Below are positions 1 to 8,216 of a DNA stretch of 59,143 bases, one piece after another; position 1 is the first letter of the stretch, and each line of letters starts with the position of its first letter. The notes under the pieces were generated by a model. It saw only the letters and a list, made by a program, of their open reading frames with translations, was not told where the DNA came from and searched no databases. A program made the translations under genes and the position numbers. The stretch lies in the NCBI GenBank assembly GCA_031279205.1, contig JAITIX010000100.1, forward strand, positions 1-59,143. The letters run 5' to 3'. Source of the stretch: Treponema sp. (lineage in GTDB: Bacteria; Spirochaetota; Spirochaetia; Treponematales; Breznakiellaceae).

Positions 1-260
1 TCCACTTCGCCATGGGGACGGGGAATGACATGCACACTCGTCAGTTCACCAACCCTGCCCGCCGCAGCCGCTCCCGCATCGGTTGCCGCTTTCACCGCGC
101 CGACATCGCCGCGGACAAACACCGACACAAGCCCACCACCCACATGGACCTTTCCAATCAGCGTTACATTCGCCGCCTTGACCATCGCGTCTGCCGCTTC
201 AATAGCGGCAACCAAGCCCTTGGTCTCGATCATACCAAGCGCCTGTTGTGTTTCAGCCAT
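1..260 (-). CDS. eutM: BMC-H microcompartment shell protein (EutM/PduA type); C-terminal end lies beyond the window edge
   Basis: Own reverse translation from the ATG at 260-258 gives [86 protein letters not shown]..., a textbook BMC-domain hexamer sequence. GGAGGG lies 7 nt upstream. It is absent from the ORF track because it runs off the window. Confidence 0.85.
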   Translation of the reverse strand, partial: MAETQQALGMIETKGLVAAIEAADAMVKAANVTLIGKVHVGGGLVSVFVRGDVGAVKAATDAGAAAAGRVGELTSVHVIPRPHGEV

Positions 261-274
261 TTACATACCCTCCA

Positions 275-1750
275 TCATAGAACTGAATCGGCTTTAAGCC
301 GTTCAACTATTTTACGTACCAATAGCTCCACCGTATCATCGCTTATCCCCGTATTACGAGGAGGAGCGGGAATCCCCTGCGGCCTTATATCTTCCAGTTC
401 CTTTATACCATAGGCGATCCGGCGGATATTAATGAGGTGCAGGGGGCTGATATTATCGGAACTCGCGTTTCCACCCACCGCCCCGCAGCCGAGGGTAAGG
501 GACGGAACCAGGGTGCTTGTCGCGCCGATACCCGCAAGGGCTGCAGGAGAATTGACAATTAACCGCGATACGGGTTTCTTGAGGCCGAATTCCCGGATAA
601 CCTTTTCATCCCTGGAATGGATGCTCATCGTATGCCCGGCGCCTTCGGCCTTTAGAATTTCGATACACCGTTCACAGGCCCTCTCCCAGTTGTCCTCAAC
701 GTAAAAACCCAAGACCGGCATCAGTTTTTCTTTCGAATAGGGGTATTTAGGACCTACCCTGGTTTCTTCGCCCAGCAATACCCGGGTTCCTTTGGGAATA
801 CCGATCCCCGCGGCTTTTGCGATAAATTCCGCGGACCGTCCCACAAGCCGGGCATTCATCGTACCGCCGGGCCCCATGAGTATTTTTTCCACCCTTTCGG
901 AATCCCCCGGAGGGAGAAAATATCCGCCCTGTTTTTGTATTTCTTTCATTACGTCATTACGGATACACTGCTCCGTAATGATTGATTGTTCGGATGCACA
1001 GATCGTACCATTATCAAATGTCTTTGAATCAAAGATCCGTTTTACCGCTAAGGGAATATCGGCGCTCCGCTCAATAAAGGACGGACCGTTGCCGGGACCG
1101 ACCCCTATCGCGGGATTGCCCGAACTATAAGCCGCCTGCACCATCGCGTTTCCGCCTGTGGCAAGGATAAGGGCGATGTTTTTATGTCGCATCAAGGCAT
1201 CAGTCGCCTCTTTCGTCGGAGTGGGAAGGACGCTGACCAGATCCGGGGAAGCGCCCGACCGCTCAAGCGCGGCACGGATACAATGTACGGTTGTGCTTAT
1301 CGCGTTTTTCGCGCCAGGATGGGGTGAAAACACAATAGCGCATCCCGCTTTAAGGGCGATAAGGGACTTAAAAATCGTGGTGGAGGTCGGATTTGTGGAT
1401 GGGATAAGACCCGCCACAACACCAACCGGTACGCCTACCTCAACGAGCCCCCCCGCCTTGTTTTCATTGATAATACCTACGGTTTTGATATTCTTGATAT
1501 ACTCATACACATTTTTGGATGCAAAAAGATTTTTTAATATCTTATCCTCCCATTTGCCAAATCCGGTTTCCTCATTGGCCAATTTTGCAAGAGGTTCCGC
1601 TTCCGCCGCCACCGCTTCGGCAACCGCCGCTACTACCCGGTCAACGGCGGCTTGATCGTATTCTTTGTATACATTTTGCGCCTTTACCGCAAGACTCACC
1701 AGATCCCGAGCCTCTTGCACGGAAATAAGATCAATATCATGCAATTCCAT
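275..1750 (-). CDS. eutE: CoA-acylating acetaldehyde dehydrogenase (EutE/PduP family)
   Basis: About 491 aa counted from ATG 1750, which has a GGGGAG RBS (the track ORF starts at the upstream TTG 1768). It has an aldehyde-dehydrogenase fold throughout and sits between shell-protein genes in a eut locus. Confidence 0.85.
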   Translation of the reverse strand: MELHDIDLISVQEARDLVSLAVKAQNVYKEYDQAAVDRVVAAVAEAVAAEAEPLAKLANEETGFGKWEDKILKNLFASKNVYEYIKNIKTVGIINENKAGGLVEVGVPVGVVAGLIPSTNPTSTTIFKSLIALKAGCAIVFSPHPGAKNAISTTVHCIRAALERSGASPDLVSVLPTPTKEATDALMRHKNIALILATGGNAMVQAAYSSGNPAIGVGPGNGPSFIERSADIPLAVKRIFDSKTFDNGTICASEQSIITEQCIRNDVMKEIQKQGGYFLPPGDSERVEKILMGPGGTMNARLVGRSAEFIAKAAGIGIPKGTRVLLGEETRVGPKYPYSKEKLMPVLGFYVEDNWERACERCIEILKAEGAGHTMSIHSRDEKVIREFGLKKPVSRLIVNSPAALAGIGATSTLVPSLTLGCGAVGGNASSDNISPLHLINIRRIAYGIKELEDIRPQGIPAPPRNTGISDDTVELLVRKIVERLKADSVL

Positions 1751-1786
1751 TACTATTCTCCCCAACAAGGCTAATCAACATAAAGT

Positions 1787-2446
1787 TCAACCCTTTGGTT
1801 TTGGGTTTCGCTTCCGCGGCTTATTCTCTGGCGAACTGCTGCCGCTTTTTTTCTTCGGCAGGGGAATCTCCTGTTCGGGCATGGGGGTTTCATCGGGAAA
1901 AAGCATTTTCCGTTCCCCCTGCCCTTCTTCTCCGCCGTTTTTATCAACGGTCCCGTTTTCCATTGAGGCCGAACCAACCGCCTCAGCCGCAGCAGGCTCC
2001 GGCATCGAAGTCTCGGTCTGAATGGGGGCTTTCGCCGGAACAGGGCGCTCCGTTTGAACGACGGGATCTGCCGGAGTTGACGGCTTAACCGCCGTATCTC
2101 CGGCAGATCCCGGCTTCATCGGAACGGAGGGCTTTCGCCGCGGCAAAAGCTCTCTGCCATTTGTTTGATCCATAATGAGGGGCCACACAGCTTCCGCCAG
2201 ACAAGGAATAAGCAGAGTCTGCCCAACCGCTCCCATACGGTCAATAGTTGCCTTTGCGGCATCAAGGGCAGCGCGCAACGCTCCCACATCACCCACCAGC
2301 GTTACCGTATTCAAACCTCCACCAACAAAGTAGGTCATTTTGAGCGTAACCGCCGCGGCTTTTATAGCGCTGTCAACTGCTTCAATAAGAGGAACGCGAC
2401 CCGCGGTTTCAATAATACCGAGCGCATGGTTTGCACCTGCTTTCAA
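1787..2446 (-). CDS. BMC-domain shell protein with a roughly 125-aa Pro/Glu/Lys-rich C-terminal tail (in the EutK-like position)
   Basis: The N-terminal ~90 aa (KAGANHALGIIETAGRVPLIEAVDSAIKAAAVTLKMTYFVGGGLNTVTLVGDVGALRAALDAAKATI) are a BMC domain. The rest is low-complexity and ends in the basic KKKSGSSSPENKPRKRNPKPKG. The start is TTG at 2446 with GGGGG 8 nt upstream. Confidence 0.7.
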   Translation of the reverse strand: MKAGANHALGIIETAGRVPLIEAVDSAIKAAAVTLKMTYFVGGGLNTVTLVGDVGALRAALDAAKATIDRMGAVGQTLLIPCLAEAVWPLIMDQTNGRELLPRRKPSVPMKPGSAGDTAVKPSTPADPVVQTERPVPAKAPIQTETSMPEPAAAEAVGSASMENGTVDKNGGEEGQGERKMLFPDETPMPEQEIPLPKKKSGSSSPENKPRKRNPKPKG

Positions 2447-2475
2447 CGCTTTACCCCCATCTCGTTACCAAAAAA

Positions 2476-3132
2476 CTAAAACGAGAGAGGATTTTCAGCG
2501 ACGAATTTTACCGCCTCCCCAAAGGCGTCACAGGCAGCTTTACATGCCGATTGGCTGCCTGTAAGCAATCCGCCGCCAAAGTTTGTTTCCGATGGAGGAC
2601 CATAAAACGCAGCGAGTTTCACGTCTGCGGCTTTTAACGCCGCATCCAGGGCATACATCGCCTCCAAGGGCGGGGCGATAAGATAGGACAAGGCAGCCCC
2701 TTCTTCCACTCCCGCTATCTTCGAGAGATAACTCCCGGTACGGGAAATACAATGAGCGTAATAAGGGATCGTGTTGTCATCGTTAGCCGATATAAACCAC
2801 GCTTCCTCAGTAACAAACTGGCAAATTACATTCAGGCCACTCCGCACTTCCGCAGGATTCGGCCCGGCGATAATACCAAGAATTTCACCGGCCAGTTTTG
2901 TATTGGCGTTTGCGGAACCGCCGTAAAAGGATCGCGCATAGACGACTTCTACATCGGCCTTTTTGGTCGCTTCATCAAGCGCCGTGTAGGTTACATCGTC
3001 GATGTCCGCCGTAACAAGCCCCAAACTTTTTTGTCCGGGCTTTAGTTTATAGCTTTCTATCAAGTCCGCACTTATATTCGGAATGATTTTTACCGCCAGT
3101 ATTGACGCTTTTAAGGGATCGTTTTTAGCCAT
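2476..3132 (-). CDS. eutL: EutL, tandem-BMC-domain (BMC-T) shell protein
   Basis: 218 aa, the typical EutL length and sequence pattern (MAKNDPLKASILAVKIIPNISADL...GLVTADIDDVTYTALDEATK...). It lies directly downstream of eutC as in canonical eut operons. Confidence 0.85.
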   Translation of the reverse strand: MAKNDPLKASILAVKIIPNISADLIESYKLKPGQKSLGLVTADIDDVTYTALDEATKKADVEVVYARSFYGGSANANTKLAGEILGIIAGPNPAEVRSGLNVICQFVTEEAWFISANDDNTIPYYAHCISRTGSYLSKIAGVEEGAALSYLIAPPLEAMYALDAALKAADVKLAAFYGPPSETNFGGGLLTGSQSACKAACDAFGEAVKFVAENPLSF

Positions 3133-3153
3133 AGTGTTTACCTCGCTTCTCCT

Positions 3154-4044
3154 TTAGAGTTTAAGATCAAGACCGCTTGCCTTATGATCAAGCATTTTCT
3201 TTATAATATCCGCAATATAACCGCCCGCTTCAACCGCCGGGGTCCCGCCTTTATGAATGTTGGAAACCACGGTCCGCCGCGCTTCGGGCATATTCATCGT
3301 CGCCTTGTACGCCATATACGCGGACATGCTTTCCGCCGTGATAAGTCCCGGACGCTCTCCGATAAGCGTAACGATTACTTCGGCGCCGGCGGCTTCCGAT
3401 ATCGCATCTTCAGCGCCAACACGCCCATACTGTACAAAAAACGGAGATGCTGGTTTTATATTGTAACGCTGCAAACCGTCACAGATAGCCTTAAAGGTAT
3501 CAATCGCGTTTGTCGTTACTGCAGTAGTTGAAAGCCCGTCGGCAATATAAATGACCACCCGGCTGTTCCCGCCAACATGATTTTTTATTTTTTGCAGTTC
3601 TTCGGCCTCAAACAACCGGCCCAAATCGGGACGAGTAAGATAGGTGTCTTTACTATCGCACCGGGTCTTAAAACGGGGCAAATTGTTTTGTTTGATCCAG
3701 TCATCCGATACATCGGTAAAAACAGCATCCATGGCTGCTGCGTGATCCGCCCGGAAACGCAGCAGGGTTTCCGTCAGGTACCGGGGGCCGGCTCGCCAGA
3801 CCCCGATACGGGCCGGCGTGGATTGCTTTAAGGTCTTCAAGGCATCAAGGTTATGCGGATTAGGCACATTGATAACACTTCTCAGATCAACGGCGGCCAG
3901 ATCAGGCAATACCCCGTCCAGATTCACCCCTACCGAACCGGCTGACCCGGAATGGTCGGAGTTGGCTAAGGCTTGAGCACCCCCCCCGCCCATTTCCATT
4001 AAAATCGACTCCACGGCTTTGCGCAATTCTTGTTCTGTAACCAT
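3154..4044 (-). CDS. eutC: Ethanolamine ammonia-lyase small subunit EutC
   Basis: 296 aa. The N-terminal amphipathic helix (MVTEQELRKAVESILMEMGG) resembles a BMC encapsulation peptide. The C-terminal core is EutC-like and the gene follows eutB. Confidence 0.85.
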   Translation of the reverse strand: MVTEQELRKAVESILMEMGGGGAQALANSDHSGSAGSVGVNLDGVLPDLAAVDLRSVINVPNPHNLDALKTLKQSTPARIGVWRAGPRYLTETLLRFRADHAAAMDAVFTDVSDDWIKQNNLPRFKTRCDSKDTYLTRPDLGRLFEAEELQKIKNHVGGNSRVVIYIADGLSTTAVTTNAIDTFKAICDGLQRYNIKPASPFFVQYGRVGAEDAISEAAGAEVIVTLIGERPGLITAESMSAYMAYKATMNMPEARRTVVSNIHKGGTPAVEAGGYIADIIKKMLDHKASGLDLKL

Positions 4045-4113
4045 AAAATTTATACCTCCTGAAAACCCATGTTCACTTCCTGTAAAGTGGTTATATTGTA
4101 AACAAAAAGTTTA

Positions 4114-5478
4114 TCAATAAAACATAGAAACATCTCCCGCTTTTTCCGTCAGACGGCCATTCTGATCCATCAGATCATGTTTGACCATCCATGCGAAAAA
4201 TTCCGGAGCCGGTTTTAACCCCAACAACTCACGCAGGGTAGCGTCGTCATGATAACTGGTATCCTGATAAGCCAGCATAACATCATCGCCTACCGGTACG
4301 CCCATAAAATAATTGGCCCCCGCCATCGTTAACAACATGGTGGCCATCTCCTGATCATCCTGATTGATCTTGGTATGGTTGGTGTAGCAAGGAGCCATCC
4401 CCATAGGTATCCCCAATAGTTTTCCCATGAAATGATCCTCCAGGCTGGCACGGATGATCTGCCGGCCATCGTAGAGGGTTTCCGGTCCGATAAAGCCCGA
4501 CACATTGTTGAGCATAAAAGGTCTAAATATCCGGGCATAACCGTAACACCGCGCTTCCAGCGTCATAAGGTCCACCCCGCGGTCCGCATTAATTGATTGC
4601 TCTGACCCCTGACCGGTCTCAAAGTACAAAAGATTGGGCCCCGGCGCCTGCCCTTTTTTGTGGATCATATCGTAGGCTTCATGGAGCAAGTTTGTGGATA
4701 CTCCAAAGGCCAGATTTGCCTCCTCGGTTCCGGCGATACTTTGAAAGAAGGCGCAACAGGGAGCGCCATTTTCTACGGCGGCCATTTGGGTGGTAATATG
4801 GGACAGGACGCAGTTCTGAGTCGGCAGTCCCCATTTTTGCATAAAATCCCAGGTAGCCTGCAATATCGTCTTGGTGTTATCCTCCGTATCTTCTACCGGA
4901 TTAACCCCCAAAACCGCATCGCCGCTGCCGTAGGAAACGCCTTCGGCCAAGGACGCCAGAATCCCCTCTATGTTGTCGCTGGGGTGATTCGGCTGATTAC
5001 GGAAAGACAGGGTATCCGGCAAACCGATGGTGGTGGCGCAAGTAGCGGTTATCTTGATTTTGGAAGCGGCATAGACCAAATCCATAGCCGTCATCAATTT
5101 GGCCGCAGCCGCAGCAACCTCAGCCTGAATACCCCGGCTCAATCTGAGGATGTCTTCGCTGGAAGTCTCATGCTTCAAAATCCATTCCCGCAGTTCACCG
5201 ATGGTCCAGTTTTTGATTCTCTCATAAATAGAAATGTTAAGGTCCTCCAGAAGAACACGAGAAACTTCATCGGTCTCAGGCGGCAGCAAGGGGTTTTCGT
5301 AGAAGTCCGCCAGGGTCAACCGGGACAAAACCAGCTTGGCCGCGGTACGTTCGCTGACCGTTTCGGCGGCCCGGCCCAGAAGGACATCACCGGACTTTTC
5401 GTCATTGGCCTTTGCCATAACATCGGTGAGACTTTTGAAAGAATAAACTTGACCGCCTAAAATAGTCTTTAATACCAT
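4114..5478 (-). CDS. eutB: Ethanolamine ammonia-lyase large subunit, divergent paralog (copy 2, adjacent to eutC)
   Basis: 454 aa, collinear with EutB over its full length, with the YFETGQGSE, GFIGPE, EDHFMGK and CYTNH motifs. By manual count about half of the first 100 residues match the neighbouring copy. Confidence 0.85.
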   Translation of the reverse strand: MVLKTILGGQVYSFKSLTDVMAKANDEKSGDVLLGRAAETVSERTAAKLVLSRLTLADFYENPLLPPETDEVSRVLLEDLNISIYERIKNWTIGELREWILKHETSSEDILRLSRGIQAEVAAAAAKLMTAMDLVYAASKIKITATCATTIGLPDTLSFRNQPNHPSDNIEGILASLAEGVSYGSGDAVLGVNPVEDTEDNTKTILQATWDFMQKWGLPTQNCVLSHITTQMAAVENGAPCCAFFQSIAGTEEANLAFGVSTNLLHEAYDMIHKKGQAPGPNLLYFETGQGSEQSINADRGVDLMTLEARCYGYARIFRPFMLNNVSGFIGPETLYDGRQIIRASLEDHFMGKLLGIPMGMAPCYTNHTKINQDDQEMATMLLTMAGANYFMGVPVGDDVMLAYQDTSYHDDATLRELLGLKPAPEFFAWMVKHDLMDQNGRLTEKAGDVSMFY

Positions 5479-5496
5479 ATTTCCTCCGCAACCAGG

Positions 5497-6858
5497 TCAA
5501 ACAAATACGGACATATCACCGGCGCGGGAGGTTAAGCGGCCGTTTTCCCACAAACCCATCTTTTCAAGCCATGCGGCAAATTCGGGAATTGGAGAAAGCC
5601 CCAGCAACTGCCGTAACGAAGGGGCGTCATGGTAACTGGTACACTGGTAGTTGAGCATAACATCGTCCCCGTGAGGGATGCCCATAAAATAATTGCATCC
5701 CGCGGCGCTCAACAGTATTGCCAGATTTTCGACATCGTTTTGATCGGCTTTTGCATGGTTTGTATAACAAGCATCGCAGCCCATCGAAATACCGGTCAGT
5801 TTACCCATAAAATGATCTTCAAGCCCGGCGCGGATTATCTGCTTGGAGTCATAAAGGTATTCGGGACCGATAAACCCGACAACCGTATTGACCAGGAAAG
5901 GGCTGTACCGCTTCGCAAAACCGTAACACCGCGCCTCCATTACCACCTGATCGGCGCCAAAGTGAGCGTCCGATGAAAGCTCGGAACCCTGACCGGTCTC
6001 AAAATACATAACATTCGGACCGGTAGCGGTACCCGCATGAAGCATCAGGTCCCGAGCCTCGTCCATAAGGGCCATCGTAATACCGAAGGCTTCATTTCCC
6101 TTCTGGCTCCCCGCGATGCTCTGGAAGCAAAGGTCTGCGGGAGCCCCCTTGCGTATCGCTTCCATTTGGGCGGTCACATGAGCAAGAACACAGATCTGGG
6201 TCGGTATGCCAAGGCGGTGTTTTATTTCATTAAAACGCTCAAGGACCGCTTTGGCGTTGTCGGCGGTACCTTCAACAGGGTTAAGCCCGATAACCGCGTC
6301 TCCGCATCCGTAGGAGAGTCCTTCGTACACGGAAGCGGTAATCCCATCAAGATTATCTGTCGGATCGTTTGGCTGTAAACGGATAGCGAGGGTCCCTTTT
6401 TTACCTATAGTTGTGTTGCAATGGGCGGTAACCCGTGCTTTGCTTGCCGCGTAAATCAGATCCATATTGGTCATGAGCTTCGCCGCCCCAGCAATGACTT
6501 CTGCAGTAAGCCCACGGCTTACCCGCCGGATCGACTCATTGGTTGCGGCATCTGAAAGAAGCCATTCTCGAAATTCCGCCATGCTCCAATTCCGAATCTC
6601 GGCATAAATTGATTCATTTATCGCATCCTGGATGATCCGGGTAACCTCGTCATCCTCATAGGGAACCACAGGATTTTCTCGCAGATCCGAAATTTTTAAA
6701 TTGGCCAAGACCTGTTTTGCAGCAACCCGTTCCGCCATGTTTGCCGCAGCCACACCTGCCAGATGATCCCCGGAGCGATCTTCATTCGCCTTTGCAAGGA
6801 CATCTTTGACGTCTTTAAACTGATACACCGTATCAAACAATTTGGTTTTCAGTATCAC
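5497..6858 (-). CDS. eutB: Ethanolamine ammonia-lyase large subunit (copy 1, closer to canonical EutB)
   Basis: 453 aa. MILKTKLFDTVYQFKDVKDVLAKANEDRSGDHLAGVAAA... closely follows the enterobacterial EutB sequence as I recall it. The start is GTG at 6858 with an AAGGGGG RBS. Confidence 0.9.
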   Translation of the reverse strand: MILKTKLFDTVYQFKDVKDVLAKANEDRSGDHLAGVAAANMAERVAAKQVLANLKISDLRENPVVPYEDDEVTRIIQDAINESIYAEIRNWSMAEFREWLLSDAATNESIRRVSRGLTAEVIAGAAKLMTNMDLIYAASKARVTAHCNTTIGKKGTLAIRLQPNDPTDNLDGITASVYEGLSYGCGDAVIGLNPVEGTADNAKAVLERFNEIKHRLGIPTQICVLAHVTAQMEAIRKGAPADLCFQSIAGSQKGNEAFGITMALMDEARDLMLHAGTATGPNVMYFETGQGSELSSDAHFGADQVVMEARCYGFAKRYSPFLVNTVVGFIGPEYLYDSKQIIRAGLEDHFMGKLTGISMGCDACYTNHAKADQNDVENLAILLSAAGCNYFMGIPHGDDVMLNYQCTSYHDAPSLRQLLGLSPIPEFAAWLEKMGLWENGRLTSRAGDMSVFV

Positions 6859-6986
6859 GGAATCTACCCCCTTCGCACTTAGAGTTGTAGTATATAAACT
6901 TACCCCGTGATCTCATAAACATCGATGACGGGTTCATAAGCCTATAACAATCACCTCTATCCGCGTAGAGTTTATCCATGATGTTA

Positions 6987-7074
6987 TTACAAAATAGTTT
7001 TCTGACTTAAAGGATTTCTCCCTTTACAGTGGCGGGACCGTTCAGGTTGTTCGCCTGATTGCCATATTTTGTAA
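6987..7074 (-). promoter_or_regulatory. Cobalamin (B12) riboswitch-like aptamer in the eutB leader
   Basis: Minus-strand RNA: UUACAAAAUAUGGCAAUCAGGCGAACAACCUGAACGGUCCCGCCACUGUAAAGGGAGAAAUCCUUUAAGUCAGAAAACUAUUUUGUAA. It has a CAGG-N7-CCUG hairpin, the conserved GGUCCCGCCACUGUAA core, a small hairpin and a B12-box-like AAGUCAG. A perfect 10-bp helix closes the element. Confidence 0.65.
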
Positions 7075-7100
7075 CCCTTATCTTAGTATATTCTCCTACT

Positions 7101-7150
7101 CAAGTCCACTATTAATAATCAACAACAAGTCCACTATTAATAATCAACAA
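7101..7150. repeat. Perfect tandem direct repeat, 2 x 25 bp (CAAGTCCACTATTAATAATCAACAA), in the divergent eut control region
   Basis: 7101-7125 and 7126-7150 are identical when read directly from the sequence. The repeat lies between the minus-strand eutB unit and the plus-strand eutS unit. Confidence 0.95.
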
Positions 7151-7361
7151 TAAATGATAACACGGGAAATACCAGTTGTCAAGGGAAATTTTTTGTTGAT
7201 TCCCCTCTGTGATTTTACGTGAGGCGGGGCATTGACTCCTCATTACTTTGGGATATACACTTACTTATCAGGGTTTTTTCACCGTTTTTTCAAAATTCGA
7301 TAAAAAAAGCTCTAACCACACAATACTATTGAGCGCCCCTTGATAAACAAAGGAGTTGGTA

Positions 7362-7706
7362 ATGACCGGGGATGAAAAGCCGCGGACTATTCAGGAATAT
7401 GTACCGGGTAAGCAGGTAACGATGGCGCATCTTATTGCCAATCCCCTCGAAGAATTATGTAAACAGATTGGCGTCGAAAATAAAGGCGCCATCGGTATTA
7501 TGACGATAACGCCCGGAGAGGGAACCATTATCGCCGCTGACGCGGCAAGTAAGATGGGGGATATCCAGCTTGAATTCGTTGATCGTTTTACCGGATGCCT
7601 GGTTTTTTCCGGTAATGTCGCCGCTGTTGAAAGCGCCCTTAAAGGGGCTGTGGGAGCCCTTGAGCGTATCCTCGGTTTTACGCCGGCTTCCATTACAAAA
7701 TCATAA
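7362..7706 (+). CDS. eutS: EutS/PduU-type (circularly permuted) BMC shell protein
   Basis: RTIQEYVPGKQVTMAHLIANP...GIMTITPGEGTIIAADAASKMGDIQLEFVDRFTGCLVFSGNVAAVESAL matches the EutS/PduU pattern. ATG 7362 is preceded by AGGAG (the track ORF starts at TTG 7356). Confidence 0.8.
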   Translation: MTGDEKPRTIQEYVPGKQVTMAHLIANPLEELCKQIGVENKGAIGIMTITPGEGTIIAADAASKMGDIQLEFVDRFTGCLVFSGNVAAVESALKGAVGALERILGFTPASITKS

Positions 7707-7729
7707 CCGTGTGTATAAAGAGTTAATAC

Positions 7730-8203
7730 ATGGAAATAGTAGGAAAAGAAAAACCGATAATGCTGGTGGGACCAACCGGCGCGGGGAAAAGTACCCTTAT
7801 AAAGGTCCTGAACCGTCTGGACGGCGAAATAAAGAAAACCGAAAGCATTACCTATTTACCCTACGCGATTGATACGCCGGGAGAGATGATTCATATCCCC
7901 TTTTTGTACAACGCCCTGATATTAAATTCCGCCCGAGCTTCAATGGTACTTTTTCTCATCAGCGCGAAACGATACCCGCGGCTTCCCGCAAAGCTCGCTC
8001 TTGCCCTGAAGGTTCCCGCCATCGGGATTGTCTCGCAGATTGACGGGGCGGAAGAGGCGGGGATCCGACGGGCGAAATCGGCCCTTACCGTTGCGGGATT
8101 AAAAATAATTTTTAATGTATCTTCGGTAACCGGCGAGGGGATTGACGCGTTGCGGGAATTTATTGTATCCGCCGGCATATCCCTGGGGTATAGCAAAAAC
8201 TAA
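7730..8203 (+). CDS. eutP: EutP/PduV-family small GTPase
   Basis: 157 aa with the P-loop MLVGPTGAGKSTL, then DTPGE. Size and context are typical of EutP. Confidence 0.8.
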   Translation: MEIVGKEKPIMLVGPTGAGKSTLIKVLNRLDGEIKKTESITYLPYAIDTPGEMIHIPFLYNALILNSARASMVLFLISAKRYPRLPAKLALALKVPAIGIVSQIDGAEEAGIRRAKSALTVAGLKIIFNVSSVTGEGIDALREFIVSAGISLGYSKN

Positions 8204-8216
8204 AAGGAGTGAAACC

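Noticed and set aside
4660-5460. 266-aa plus-strand ORF inside eutB copy 2; similar long antisense ORFs at 20781-21506, 30304-30948, 40988-41656, 48633-49283, 50106-50864, 54271-55071 and 57870-58478
   Set aside because: They are shadow ORFs on the strand opposite strongly supported genes (eutB, smc, cls, potB/C, hydA, hydA/B, nusA/infB, rbfA/truB), and their translations are low-complexity or unlike any protein.
6859-6986. ANTAR-type dual hairpins or an intrinsic terminator as the riboswitch expression platform (hairpins CUCUA-CGCGGA-UAGAG and ACCCGUCAUC...GAUCACGGGGU)
   Set aside because: The hairpins exist, but their loops do not fit the ANTAR A..G.. hexaloop pattern and the U-tract after the second hairpin is poor. 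I cannot assign the mechanism from sequence alone.
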